Shown one piece after another: positions 7,336 through 16,131 of a DNA stretch of 32,000 nt. Each line of letters begins with the position of its first letter. The stretch's first letter is position 1. The stretch is from Crocosphaera subtropica ATCC 51142 (GTDB taxonomy: Bacteria; Cyanobacteriota; Cyanobacteriia; Cyanobacteriales; Microcystaceae). The position numbers and the translations under genes were made by a program. The notes under the pieces are model-generated. The model worked only from the letters and a program-made list of their open reading frames with translations. It was not told the DNA's origin and made no database searches. Location: NCBI RefSeq assembly GCF_000017845.1, contig NC_010546.1, positions 3,270,001 to 3,302,000 on the forward strand. Direction: 5' to 3'.

Positions 7336-8438
7336 CCCTTAGCAGCAACACCGAGTCCACTAACCGCAAGGAGTCCGAGAATGGTTCCAGGTTCGGGTGC
7401 TTTTTGCTTATCAAATGTGACCTTGAGTCCTGCTACATCCCCAGAAGAGCCTTCTCCAACGATAGGATCTCCTGATTGAGTTCTCCCCCAAGGATAATTA
7501 ACTTTTGTCCAGGCACAACCATCCTGACTAGCATCTTCTAAACAATAATCTGGAACCAGTCCTGCTTGGACCAACTTGTTATTAAAGTCTTGTTCAGTTT
7601 CAGCCGTTAGGAACAATAAAGAAGAAGTTCCGAGGGTTGGAATTGTGCCTCCTGGTGTTAGCCATGTCCAAGTATAACCATTCGTAGGAGAAGAGGGTGG
7701 ATTTTGACGTTCTACTTCATCATCCACAACAGTGGTATATAGAACTTGAACAGGTTCAACGGCATTTGGATCTTCAATAATTGGAAGAAAATTCGAGCCT
7801 AATACGTCAGGTATCCAATTACCAGGGCAACCATTATCACCATCAATACAAGGTTGCTCTTGACGCTCTCCATTAGGAGTAGTTGGTTGTCCCAAAGGAT
7901 TATCAAAGATATCTGTACTAGCATTAGCAAATACTGTGTCTGGAATCCAACCAGCAGAACTGTAAGGACTAGGACCAACCCAAGCTGTCCCAGTTTTGCC
8001 TGTTTTTTCTTCTACTGCGACATCAAAAAATGATATTCCTGATTCAGCTTGGGGTAATGGATCAGTGTTATATACCTGGTACAAGAATACATACGGGGCA
8101 TCTAAATCAACTGAGCCATCTTGATTAGTTGGCAGAATAGGAATTCCCCATTCTGCTGATAGTTCTGCAGCCCAGTCACTGGTATCAGGCCGATAGACAG
8201 CAAAACTAACTGTACTATCGCACAATGGACATTGTTCTCCAGGCGGATCACCAACAGGAGGATTAGGTTCTACATTCAAAGGATCATTAGGTGGATTACT
8301 TGGATCAGGTGCTGCAAACACACTATAACCTTGATCAATAAAGGAACCAGCTTGAGCATTGCTTTGAATACCGACTGCCCCTACTACACCAGCGACACCT
8401 GCGATCGCCAATGTTTTCCATAACTTGGGTTGACTCAT
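7320..8438 (-). CDS. Secreted PEP-CTERM-anchored protein of unknown function
   Basis: 372-aa ORF. The N-terminal signal peptide is MSQPKLWKTLAIAGVAGVVGAVGIQSNAQA. The C-terminus, PEPGTILGLLAVSGLGVAAKGKKQK, has the PEP motif, a TM helix and a basic tail. The body is Pro/Asp/Asn-rich. Confidence 0.75.
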   Translation of the reverse strand: MSQPKLWKTLAIAGVAGVVGAVGIQSNAQAGSFIDQGYSVFAAPDPSNPPNDPLNVEPNPPVGDPPGEQCPLCDSTVSFAVYRPDTSDWAAELSAEWGIPILPTNQDGSVDLDAPYVFLYQVYNTDPLPQAESGISFFDVAVEEKTGKTGTAWVGPSPYSSAGWIPDTVFANASTDIFDNPLGQPTTPNGERQEQPCIDGDNGCPGNWIPDVLGSNFLPIIEDPNAVEPVQVLYTTVVDDEVERQNPPSSPTNGYTWTWLTPGGTIPTLGTSSLLFLTAETEQDFNNKLVQAGLVPDYCLEDASQDGCAWTKVNYPWGRTQSGDPIVGEGSSGDVAGLKVTFDKQKAPEPGTILGLLAVSGLGVAAKGKKQK

Positions 8439-8958
8439 TTTTCACTCCGTTAAAGAGAATTGTATTGTGCCGTTTACCCATCATCTTAAATGGGTTTTCA
8501 CAGGGAAATATAACGAAAGAAATTTTAAAAGTCAAGTATTTTTTGTAATGGTTTTTGGGAATAATTAAAAATCTTTAAAATTCTTTATCTATCGTTACAT
8601 TTTAATATTGATATAGAGAAAAAGTTAGGGGTTTTATGACTGATTTAAAACTTGGACAATCTTGTACAAAATGACAAGAAGTTATCTATAATACCTAAAA
8701 TGCTAAGAAATTTTTTAACTTAACTATTGACTCAAAACTTGCTTCTCTATAATATTTCTCAAAAGTAATCTAAATCTGTTGCAATCAAAAAAAATAAATT
8801 ATATCTATTAATTACATATTTTAAAATAAATGATCTGTTACAGAATAAGTGTTCTATAATGATACTAGAAGGGTTAAAAACTCTCTTCTATATATTCCCT
8901 AACCTTATCTTGCTAATGATATTTAGTTTTTTAATGAACTCATTAGGAGAGAAGAGAC

Positions 8959-9564
8959 ATGAAAGCTCTCTTAACTATCAAAGAAGCGGCTCAATTGTTA
9001 GGAGTCAGTGCCAAAACCCTTCGGCGTTGGGAGAAAGCCGGTAAAATCAAATCCTTGAGAACCCAAGGAGGACATCGGCGTTTCCGAAGAGAGGAATTAT
9101 TACAGTATAAAAATTTAGATTTATTAACAGTTGGGTATGCTAGAATTAACCAGCGACAACTGCCAGAGAATTTAGACAAACAAGTTAACTGTTTGAAAAA
9201 TTATTGTGAGTCTTCTGAGTTGAATTATGAGATCATTGAGGAGGTTAGTAGTAACGTTAACTCCCAAGGAATAATACAATTAATACAATTAATTTCTAAT
9301 CGAAAGATAGAAAAATTAATTTTAACGAATAAAGTTCAATTATTGAACCTAGCAGGTAATCTTATTTTTAGCCTGTGTCGATTATTTGAGGTAGAAGTTA
9401 TTATTCTCTACGATTCACAAGAAGAAATGTCTAAACAGTATTTAATGGAGGATTTTAAAGACATCATTCCAGCCTTAAGGCATTATTGCAATTGTGAGAA
9501 CACTGAAATCAATGGTAAAGTTTTAAATACAGTCGGAAAAATCACATCAGATAATAGGAAGTAA
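8959..9564 (+). CDS. MerR-HTH + IS607-type serine-recombinase-like protein, catalytic residues substituted (likely non-catalytic DNA-binding protein)
   Basis: 201-aa ORF. The N-terminal excisionase/MerR-type HTH reads IKEAAQLLGVSAKTLRRWEKAGKI. The resolvase-like core GYARINQRQ stands where IS607 TnpA and resolvases have GYxRVS(S/T)xxQ, so the nucleophile Ser is Asn64 (AAC at 9148-9150). The DRLxR region reads NKVQLLNLAG. Confidence 0.65.
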   Translation: MKALLTIKEAAQLLGVSAKTLRRWEKAGKIKSLRTQGGHRRFRREELLQYKNLDLLTVGYARINQRQLPENLDKQVNCLKNYCESSELNYEIIEEVSSNVNSQGIIQLIQLISNRKIEKLILTNKVQLLNLAGNLIFSLCRLFEVEVIILYDSQEEMSKQYLMEDFKDIIPALRHYCNCENTEINGKVLNTVGKITSDNRK

Positions 9565-9653
9565 ATTGGTAAAATTAATAATAAAACAGTACCTGGTGAA
9601 CAGTGACCCAAAAAATAGCTGATAACGGGTAACTGGCAATTGATTAATAGATA

Positions 9654-10463
9654 ATGGATTTACTAACTGCGGTTATTACCCTTCCTTTCGTGTTTGCTTT
9701 TGGTGCTTGTATCGGTAGCTTTCTCAATGTTGTTATTTATCGTTTACCTGAAGGACTCTCTTTAATTCATCCTCCTTCCCGTTGTCCCCATTGTGAACAT
9801 CCATTAGGAAAAACAGAAAATATCCCCGTTCTAGGATGGTTATGGTTAAGAGGCCGCTGTCGTTGGTGTCGTGCGCCGATTTCTGTGCGTTATCCTTTGG
9901 TAGAAGCGGTTACTGGTCTATTATTTTGTTTCGTCTTTTGGCAATATCAATTTACCCTTGCAACGATCGCTTATTGGGTGTTGATGAGTTGGTTAATTGC
10001 TCTTTCTATGATTGATTTTGACACCATGACCTTACCCGGAGTCTTAACCAAGTCAGGGTTAGTGTTAGGGTTGATCTTTCAAGGGGTGATGGGTTGGCAA
10101 GTGGCGCAAACCCCTGAATACTTAATAATAGGTGTTGTCAGTGCCGTTTTAGGAATTTGGTTATTTGATCTCATTGGTTTGGGTGGAACATTAGTGTTAG
10201 GCCAACAGGCGTTAGGAGGAGGAGACTCTAAATTAGCTGCCATGTTGGGTGCTTGGTTAGGATGGAAATATCTGTTAGTCACCAGTTTTTTAGCTTGTTT
10301 AGTGGGTTCTGTCTTTGGAATGGGAGGAATGATGTTAGGATTGATGGATCGTCGTCATCCCTTTCCTTTTGGTCCGTTTTTGGCTTTGGGTGCTATGTTA
10401 AGTGTATTTTTGGGAGAAGCCATCATCTCGACCTACATTCGGCTCTTTTTTCCTCTGAGTTAA
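9654..10463 (+). CDS. pilD: Type IV prepilin peptidase / N-methyltransferase (peptidase A24)
   Basis: 269-aa polytopic ORF. It has paired CxxC motifs (CPHCEHPL, CRWCRAPISVRYPLVE) and the catalytic Asp motifs MIDFDTM and GGGDSKL. Confidence 0.9.
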   Translation: MDLLTAVITLPFVFAFGACIGSFLNVVIYRLPEGLSLIHPPSRCPHCEHPLGKTENIPVLGWLWLRGRCRWCRAPISVRYPLVEAVTGLLFCFVFWQYQFTLATIAYWVLMSWLIALSMIDFDTMTLPGVLTKSGLVLGLIFQGVMGWQVAQTPEYLIIGVVSAVLGIWLFDLIGLGGTLVLGQQALGGGDSKLAAMLGAWLGWKYLLVTSFLACLVGSVFGMGGMMLGLMDRRHPFPFGPFLALGAMLSVFLGEAIISTYIRLFFPLS

Positions 10464-10605
10464 TGTTATGGATAAAGAAACCCTAACCTCTAACTCGAAA
10501 ACCATCCGATTAAAAAACTTTTCCTATCAACCCCTATCCTGCTGATGACATTTATTACTTTTAGTCGTAACGATAATCATTGGTTCAGTAGGACTCAATT
10601 CATAA

Positions 10606-10642
10606 TATTAGCCTACCCACAACAACTGTAGGTAGGCTAATA
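10606..10642. terminator. Bidirectional terminator hairpin between convergent pilD and rbcS
   Basis: Perfect 12-bp stem TATTAGCCTACC (10606-10617) / GGTAGGCTAATA (10631-10642) with a 13-nt loop. It lies 28 nt downstream of the rbcS stop, with A/T-rich flanks on both sides. Confidence 0.6.
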
Positions 10643-10670
10643 TTTACCGAACAAATTTCTCTAAAACAGC

Positions 10671-11006
10671 TTAGAATGCACGGTTATTGGGCTTATGAAC
10701 GATGAAACTCATGGTTTGACACTGTTTGATGTTGTCAAAACCAATCACACGAATATAAGCGTTAGGATACTCAGAACGACATTCCCGTACTTCAGCTAAT
10801 ACTTCTTGAGCAGAACTAGCACCGAATAAAGGTAACTTCCACATGGTCCAGAAGTGAGTTTCAGGTAAGGGGTTTTCTTCAAATTCAACCCCAGGAATCA
10901 TGCCTTGATCCAATACATATTGAACTTGACGAACAATTTGTTGATCGGTTAAAGGGGGTAAATAAGAAAGGGTTTCGTAACGACGCTCTTTAGGTAATGT
11001 TTTCAT
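10671..11006 (-). CDS. rbcS: RuBisCO small subunit
   Basis: 111-aa ORF with [44 protein letters not shown], the canonical RbcS sequence. It is the last gene of the rbcLXS operon. Confidence 0.95.
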   Translation of the reverse strand: MKTLPKERRYETLSYLPPLTDQQIVRQVQYVLDQGMIPGVEFEENPLPETHFWTMWKLPLFGASSAQEVLAEVRECRSEYPNAYIRVIGFDNIKQCQTMSFIVHKPNNRAF

Positions 11007-11029
11007 TGTTGGTAGATTCCTATCTCAAG

Positions 11030-11428
11030 TTAATCACAATTAGGGTTCGAGTCATCATTCTCTGACTCAGAAGAAGTTGAGGACACGGAGGAAGAACGGG
11101 TAAGCCTCTCCAATAGCTGACGACGGTGTTCCATATTTGCCTGACTAATGCCGTGGCGCACCATCTGGGGCATAAATTCCATGACCTCTGAGGCTAGATA
11201 TTCTCGTACTTTGAGAATACGCATGACTAGCTCCTTATCTTCTCCCATTAACCCCTCAATAAAGCTTTCTCCCTTTTGGATATTATGAGAAGCAGTATAT
11301 TGCCTCAGCCATATGGCTTGCTTGGGGTTGGTTTCCGATAGTTGGTCAAGAATAATACGAACCGCTTGATAAGTCAGGTAATTTTGTATAACCTCTGCAG
11401 TGTCGTTAGCTATTTTTTTGGGATACAT
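11030..11428 (-). CDS. rbcX: RuBisCO assembly chaperone RbcX
   Basis: 132-aa ORF lying between rbcL and rbcS. The N-terminal TAEVIQNYLTYQAVRIILDQL..NP..AIWL matches conserved RbcX helices. Confidence 0.9.
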   Translation of the reverse strand: MYPKKIANDTAEVIQNYLTYQAVRIILDQLSETNPKQAIWLRQYTASHNIQKGESFIEGLMGEDKELVMRILKVREYLASEVMEFMPQMVRHGISQANMEHRRQLLERLTRSSSVSSTSSESENDDSNPNCD

Positions 11429-11509
11429 AAATGCCTACCTGTCCCTCCTCGGACACAGTTGTTAGTTTTTAGTCTGTTATATTCCTAAAAACTAACAATG
11501 ATCCCAAAA

Positions 11510-12925
11510 TTAGAGTGTATCCATTGCCTCAAACTCGAATGTAATTTCTTTCCAGAGTTCGCAAGCAGCAGCTAACTCAGGACTCCACTTACAAGCTTCG
11601 CGGATAACGTCATTACCTTCACGAGCTAAGTTACGGCCTTCGTTACGAGCTTGGATACAAGCTTCAAGAGCCACACGGTTAGCGGTTGCACCAGGAGCGT
11701 TACCCCAGGGGTGTCCTAAGGTACCACCACCGAACTGTAAGCAAGAGTCGTCGCCGAAGATTTCTACTAAGGCGGGCATATGCCATACATGGATACCACC
11801 AGACGCAACGGGCATGGTTCCAGGCATAGAAGCGTAGTCTTGGGTGAAGAAAATACCACGAGAGCGATCTTCTTCAACGTAGTCTTCACGCATGAGGTCA
11901 ACAAACCCCATAGTGATGCCTCTTTCCCCTTCTAATTTACCGACAACGGTTCCAGAGTGGAGGTGGTCACCACCAGAAAGACGTAAACACTTGGCTAAAA
12001 CGCGGAAGTGAATACCATGATTCTTCTGACGGTCAATTACGGCGTGCATCGCACGGTGGATGTGCAGTAAGATACCATTGTCACGACAGAACTTGGCTAA
12101 GGTGGTGTTAGCGGTGAAACCACCGGTTAAGAAGTCGTGCATAACGATAGGAGTGCCAATTTCTTTGGCGAACTCAGCCCGTTTCATCATTTCTTCGCAA
12201 GTACCGGCGGTGACGTTGAGGTAGTGACCTTTAACTTCGTTGGTTTCAGCTTGGGCTTTTTCAATCGCTTCTTGTACAAATAAGAAGCGATCGCGCCAAC
12301 GCATGAAGGGTTGAGAGTTGATGTTTTCGTCGTCTTTGGTGAAGTCTAAACCACCCCGTAAACATTCGTAAACGGCACGTCCGTAGTTCTTAGCGGATAG
12401 ACCGAGCTTGGGCTTAATGGTACAACCTAATAAGGGACGACCATATTTGTTTAATTTATCCCGTTCCACGGTGATCCCATGAGGAGGCCCTTGGAAGGTT
12501 TTGATTAAAGCAACGGGGAAACGGATGTCTTCTAAACGTAACGCCCGTAATGCTTTGAACCCGAAGACGTTACCTACTAATGAGGTTAAAACGTTGGTTA
12601 CAGATCCTTCTTCAAATAAATCTAAAGGATAGGCAATGAAACAGAAATACTGGTTGTCTTCGTTAGGTACGGGTTCGATGTCATAACAACGACCTTTGTA
12701 ACGATCTAAGTCGGTTAAGTTGTCGGTCCAAACAGTTGTCCAGGTTCCGGTAGAAGATTCTGCTGCAACGGCTGCACCGGCTTCTTCAGGAGGAACACCC
12801 GGTTGGGGGGTCATACGGAAGCACGCCAGTAGATCGGTATCTTTCGGAGTGTAGTCGGGGGTGTAATAGGTTAAGCGGTAGTCCTGAACACCGGCATTAA
12901 ACCCTGATTTTGTGGCCTGTGCCAT
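11510..12925 (-). CDS. rbcL: RuBisCO large subunit, form IB
   Basis: 471-aa ORF with the unmistakable RbcL sequence ([14 protein letters not shown]; [23 protein letters not shown]; [18 protein letters not shown]). A GGAGG SD lies ~9 nt upstream. Confidence 0.99.
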   Translation of the reverse strand: MAQATKSGFNAGVQDYRLTYYTPDYTPKDTDLLACFRMTPQPGVPPEEAGAAVAAESSTGTWTTVWTDNLTDLDRYKGRCYDIEPVPNEDNQYFCFIAYPLDLFEEGSVTNVLTSLVGNVFGFKALRALRLEDIRFPVALIKTFQGPPHGITVERDKLNKYGRPLLGCTIKPKLGLSAKNYGRAVYECLRGGLDFTKDDENINSQPFMRWRDRFLFVQEAIEKAQAETNEVKGHYLNVTAGTCEEMMKRAEFAKEIGTPIVMHDFLTGGFTANTTLAKFCRDNGILLHIHRAMHAVIDRQKNHGIHFRVLAKCLRLSGGDHLHSGTVVGKLEGERGITMGFVDLMREDYVEEDRSRGIFFTQDYASMPGTMPVASGGIHVWHMPALVEIFGDDSCLQFGGGTLGHPWGNAPGATANRVALEACIQARNEGRNLAREGNDVIREACKWSPELAAACELWKEITFEFEAMDTL

Positions 12926-13089
12926 TTTGTTATTCCTCCATGAATGGGCATCGTTAATTTCTCATTTATCAATTTGTAAGTCGGTTTCCCCTGACCTACC
13001 GGTAATAGAGAAAATTTTAGAAAGTTATTCGGTCGCTCAAAGTCGCTTGTAGCAAACCGTTTATTCACTTATGTGCGTTTCGAGTCCTT

Positions 13090-13098
13090 ATCATATCA
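13090..13098 (-). promoter_or_regulatory. Possible extended -10 element for rbcLXS
   Basis: The minus strand reads TGATATGAT (TGn + TATGAT), ~165 nt upstream of the rbcL ATG. The -35 (TTAAAA) is weak. This is pattern-based only. Confidence 0.25.
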
Positions 13099-13171
13099 CG
13101 ATAGCTAGACTCTTTTAACATTCTTTTTACCCTTTTCTATGGGATTTTTTGATTACAATTTATAGACAGTC

Positions 13172-13190
13172 TCATTAATTTAACTAATGA
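13172..13190. promoter_or_regulatory. LysR-type (T-N11-A-like) palindrome upstream of rbcL
   Basis: TCATTA-N7-TAATGA, a perfect 6-bp inverted repeat ~250 nt upstream of the rbcL ATG. It fits the general LysR/RbcR-CcmR box architecture, but no specific consensus was verified. Confidence 0.3.
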
Positions 13191-13755
13191 GTGTTTATGC
13201 TTTGATACCTCTTATATAAGTTAGTTTTCCTCCATATCAGACATGGGATCACTTATTCTAAAAAATTTATAAATATTTACATCCCCTGGTCTGATGCACT
13301 GGGTAAGATTGCTTAATTTTTGGAGAATAAGAAATAGAATGAGGCTTGACAATTAATCACACTTGGTCATTCATAGGTATTTGTCAATGTATTTCTAATT
13401 ACTGATTGTGTTTTGACAATATATATAGAATCGTTCTAAAAATTGAGAAAGCTAACAATAAATCAATGTATTAAATTGATTATGAACATAAGTTATTCTT
13501 TTCGGATTTCCATTTATTTATTAACTGGTTTTCGTCAATAACTTTTATTGCTTCTTCTGTAAGTTATAATTTCTACCAAGTATATACTTGATAACTATCA
13601 TATTCGCAATGATATTCCGTTTCATCAGTTAGTTGAAAAACTTTATTGTTCAGCAATTTAAAAGTTATCAGAAAATAAGGTTACTATTAAATAGTAAATT
13701 TTAAAAAAATGATTCATTGCAAGGATAAACTAAAAAATTGGTATCTAATAATACT

Positions 13756-13944
13756 CTAATTTTCCTGTTCATAAATTTTTTCTCTATTTAGATACTCGTC
13801 TTTAACACCTAGTTTAAATGTAGCAAAGGGATACTTTTTCTTGGCTTTTGATTGAATAATAATTTCGACTTCATCACCTTCTTGAATACGATTAGGTAAA
13901 TTGTCTAAAAGGATAACTTTTTTTCCTTGTATATAACCTTTCAT
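13756..13944 (-). CDS. Small hypothetical protein, DUF104/antitoxin-like N-terminus (orphan)
   Basis: 62-aa ORF. GKKVILLDNLPNRIQEGDEVEIIIQ resembles the short beta-rich DUF104 / AbrB-like antitoxin pattern. No toxin ORF lies downstream. Weak call. Confidence 0.3.
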   Translation of the reverse strand: MKGYIQGKKVILLDNLPNRIQEGDEVEIIIQSKAKKKYPFATFKLGVKDEYLNREKIYEQEN

Positions 13945-14039
13945 ATTTTTTGAATAATCCTAAATTGAACTAATACTTGATATTATAAACTAACATTTTA
14001 CTTTATGTTATGATTATAAAATAAAAAAGTTTAGAGGTC

Positions 14040-14276
14040 GTGATTATGTGGTGGCGTTCTTCTAGATTAGATAGAATTGAAGCAAATATGGAAAAAATGG
14101 AACAAAATATGCAACGTATGCAGCAAAATATTAATGAACTTGCAGAGATTAGTACGGCAACAAATAGGAGAATTGATCGCTTTGTTGAAGAAATGCGAGA
14201 AGAAAGACAAAAAGATAGAGAACGGACTGAACAGCTACAACGTGCAGTAGAATATTTATTGAGTAAAGATAACTAA
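14040..14276 (+). CDS. Small coiled-coil protein, unknown function
   Basis: 78-aa ORF. The likely true start is the ATG at 14046, 8 nt after an AGAGG. The protein is a continuous charged heptad-like helix (RIEANMEKMEQNMQRMQQNINEL..). Confidence 0.4.
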   Translation: MIMWWRSSRLDRIEANMEKMEQNMQRMQQNINELAEISTATNRRIDRFVEEMREERQKDRERTEQLQRAVEYLLSKDN

Positions 14277-14382
14277 AGAATTACTATTAAAATCTATTAT
14301 CACCTTATAATAAAAATAGTCCCCATCAGCCAAAATCAGGGAACCACTAAAAAACAATACATTGATATAAGGATTATAATCT

Positions 14383-14676
14383 ATGAGCCAAACACCGATC
14401 ACAGTTACTTACTCTCTAGAAGAAATCTTGAAAGAGATTAATGGTAAATTAGACAAAATTGATACACGACTAAATAACTTAGAAGTAGGACAAGCTAGAC
14501 TAGAAGAGAAATTAACAGGAGATATAAAAGCTCTTGATGTAGAAGTCGAAGGAATTAATAAACGGTTAGACTCTCAAAAATTTATTAATCGTTCTGTTGC
14601 TGTTGGCTTTATTTTAGCCTTTATAACTGGAATAATAAAATTAGTTTTCCCTAACTTACTTAACTTCCCCCGTTAG
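14383..14676 (+). CDS. Small coiled-coil protein with C-terminal membrane anchor (XhlA-like architecture)
   Basis: 97-aa ORF. A coiled coil (LDKIDTRLNNLEVGQARLEEKL..GINKRLD) is followed by one hydrophobic helix (SVAVGFILAFITGIIKLVF). Confidence 0.5.
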   Translation: MSQTPITVTYSLEEILKEINGKLDKIDTRLNNLEVGQARLEEKLTGDIKALDVEVEGINKRLDSQKFINRSVAVGFILAFITGIIKLVFPNLLNFPR

Positions 14677-14685
14677 GTATAAATT

Positions 14686-16029
14686 TTACTCATCTATTTG
14701 TAGTCGATAAATAATCGTATTAGGATCAATTTGATTAATAATATTTTTAATGACCATACTCGGTCCCAAATCTCCCCAACTACAGCCTTTTTCTAAGTAT
14801 TCTTGTGCTGCTTTTCCAATAATATAAGTCCCATAAGCTGCGAGTCCCCCCTGCATAATAGCGGTACTTCCGTAAGTGGTTAAAATAGCAGGATTCTCGA
14901 TAAAACTTGACACAGCTAAGGCTGTTTTTCCTAACCCTAATATTAACCCTGTAGCAATTTCTGCTAATAATAAACCCCCAGAACTTATAAAGATTTTCCG
15001 CCATAATTTTCCTGCTTCATGATTCGTTATAGGTAGTCCATATAATCTCGCTAAGGAACGAATTAACATTAAATCAGTAACACTTCCTCCAACAATATCT
15101 AAGAAACCAATAGGGTTAACTGCAACCGCAATAGATTTATACTTAACATATTTCCAGATAATCGCTTCGGCTTCTTCTTGTCGATTTTTAATTGTTTTTT
15201 TAGCAATATTTTCCTCTGCTTTTTTCGCTTTTTGTAGGGCATTTAAACATAATAAAGATTTTCCTTCTTGATTCAAAATAGTTAAAATCTTGTTTTTTAG
15301 TTCATCAATTTGTGGCGGTGGTGTTTCCCATTCTTCTGCTGTTTTTCCATCAGGATATTTAACTAAAATAGGAATCGGTTGAGGAGAGGCTGCAACCCTG
15401 ACAATATCTTCAGAAGCCATTAAAAATCTCTCGTCAATGTTGGAACTTCGTCCAATATTTTGTAATTGTTCATAAATCGTATGAACATCTTTGTCGGGAT
15501 AGAGATCAATTTTATTAAAAACTAAAATGATCGGTTTAAAGGCTTTTTTTAACTGTAATAAAGCCTCATATTCAGTGCGAGTAATATCCTCAGAAATAAT
15601 AAACAAAATTAAATCAGCTTCATTAGCAATATTTCGGGCCATAATTTCCCGTTCTTTTCCCTCTATTTCATCCAATCCAGGGGTATCAATAAACTCAACT
15701 TTGATTTTACCACTGGGAGGAGTCCAGCGAACCGATTGGGGCCATTTCGTTACCCCGTGAATGGGTCCACTCTCTAGAATAGTTTGACCCATTAAAGCAT
15801 TAATTATGGCAGATTTCCCCCGACTGACTAAACCAAAAGTAGCAATTTTTATAACATTATTTTCTATCTTTTCTAACGAAGCTTTTAAGGCTTGTAAATC
15901 GGGTTTAACAGCTGCTTGTAATTCTAGATTAGGGGGATAATTCCAATGACGACGAACGCTAGTATACCAGGATAAAGCTTGTTGAAGACTAGCGCGAGTT
16001 TGTTGAATCTGGGTGTCTTGTTGAGTCAA
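14686..16029 (-). CDS. GTP-binding protein with C-terminal DUF697-type membrane domain
   Basis: 447-aa ORF. GTPase motifs are G1 GLVSRGKS, G3 DTPGLD and G4 NKIDL. The C-terminal ~130 aa are hydrophobic and Gly-rich (YcjF/DUF697-like). Confidence 0.8.
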   Translation of the reverse strand: MTQQDTQIQQTRASLQQALSWYTSVRRHWNYPPNLELQAAVKPDLQALKASLEKIENNVIKIATFGLVSRGKSAIINALMGQTILESGPIHGVTKWPQSVRWTPPSGKIKVEFIDTPGLDEIEGKEREIMARNIANEADLILFIISEDITRTEYEALLQLKKAFKPIILVFNKIDLYPDKDVHTIYEQLQNIGRSSNIDERFLMASEDIVRVAASPQPIPILVKYPDGKTAEEWETPPPQIDELKNKILTILNQEGKSLLCLNALQKAKKAEENIAKKTIKNRQEEAEAIIWKYVKYKSIAVAVNPIGFLDIVGGSVTDLMLIRSLARLYGLPITNHEAGKLWRKIFISSGGLLLAEIATGLILGLGKTALAVSSFIENPAILTTYGSTAIMQGGLAAYGTYIIGKAAQEYLEKGCSWGDLGPSMVIKNIINQIDPNTIIYRLQIDE

Positions 16030-16131
16030 AGGTAGTAATTAATAATCAATAATGGATAATTAATGATGTTAAAGAAAAGCAACTTTTTAAGAGTTATGAT
16101 ACCTTAAAAATGTTGTTTATCAATATGATCT

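Noticed and set aside
7228-7479. 83-aa + strand ORF overlapping the 3' end of the PEP-CTERM gene
   Set aside because: It runs through the terminator hairpin and is antisense to a well-supported CDS. The sequence is low-complexity and Pro/Ser-rich with no SD, so it is likely spurious.
8859-9179. Short ORFs on both strands (8859-9044 +, 8991-9179 -) overlapping the recombinase-like gene start
   Set aside because: They are out of frame with, or antisense to, the HTH-coding region, which has a clear family match.
12871-13068. 65-aa minus-strand ORF overlapping the rbcL start
   Set aside because: It overlaps the rbcL 5' end and its SD in another frame and has no recognisable family. The rbcL start, with GGAGG upstream, is unambiguous.
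13300-13755. Possible decayed PIN/VapC toxin gene downstream of the DUF104-like ORF
   Set aside because: Translating the minus strand by eye in all three frames gives only short peptides broken by many stops, and none resembles a PIN domain. I cannot support a pseudogene.
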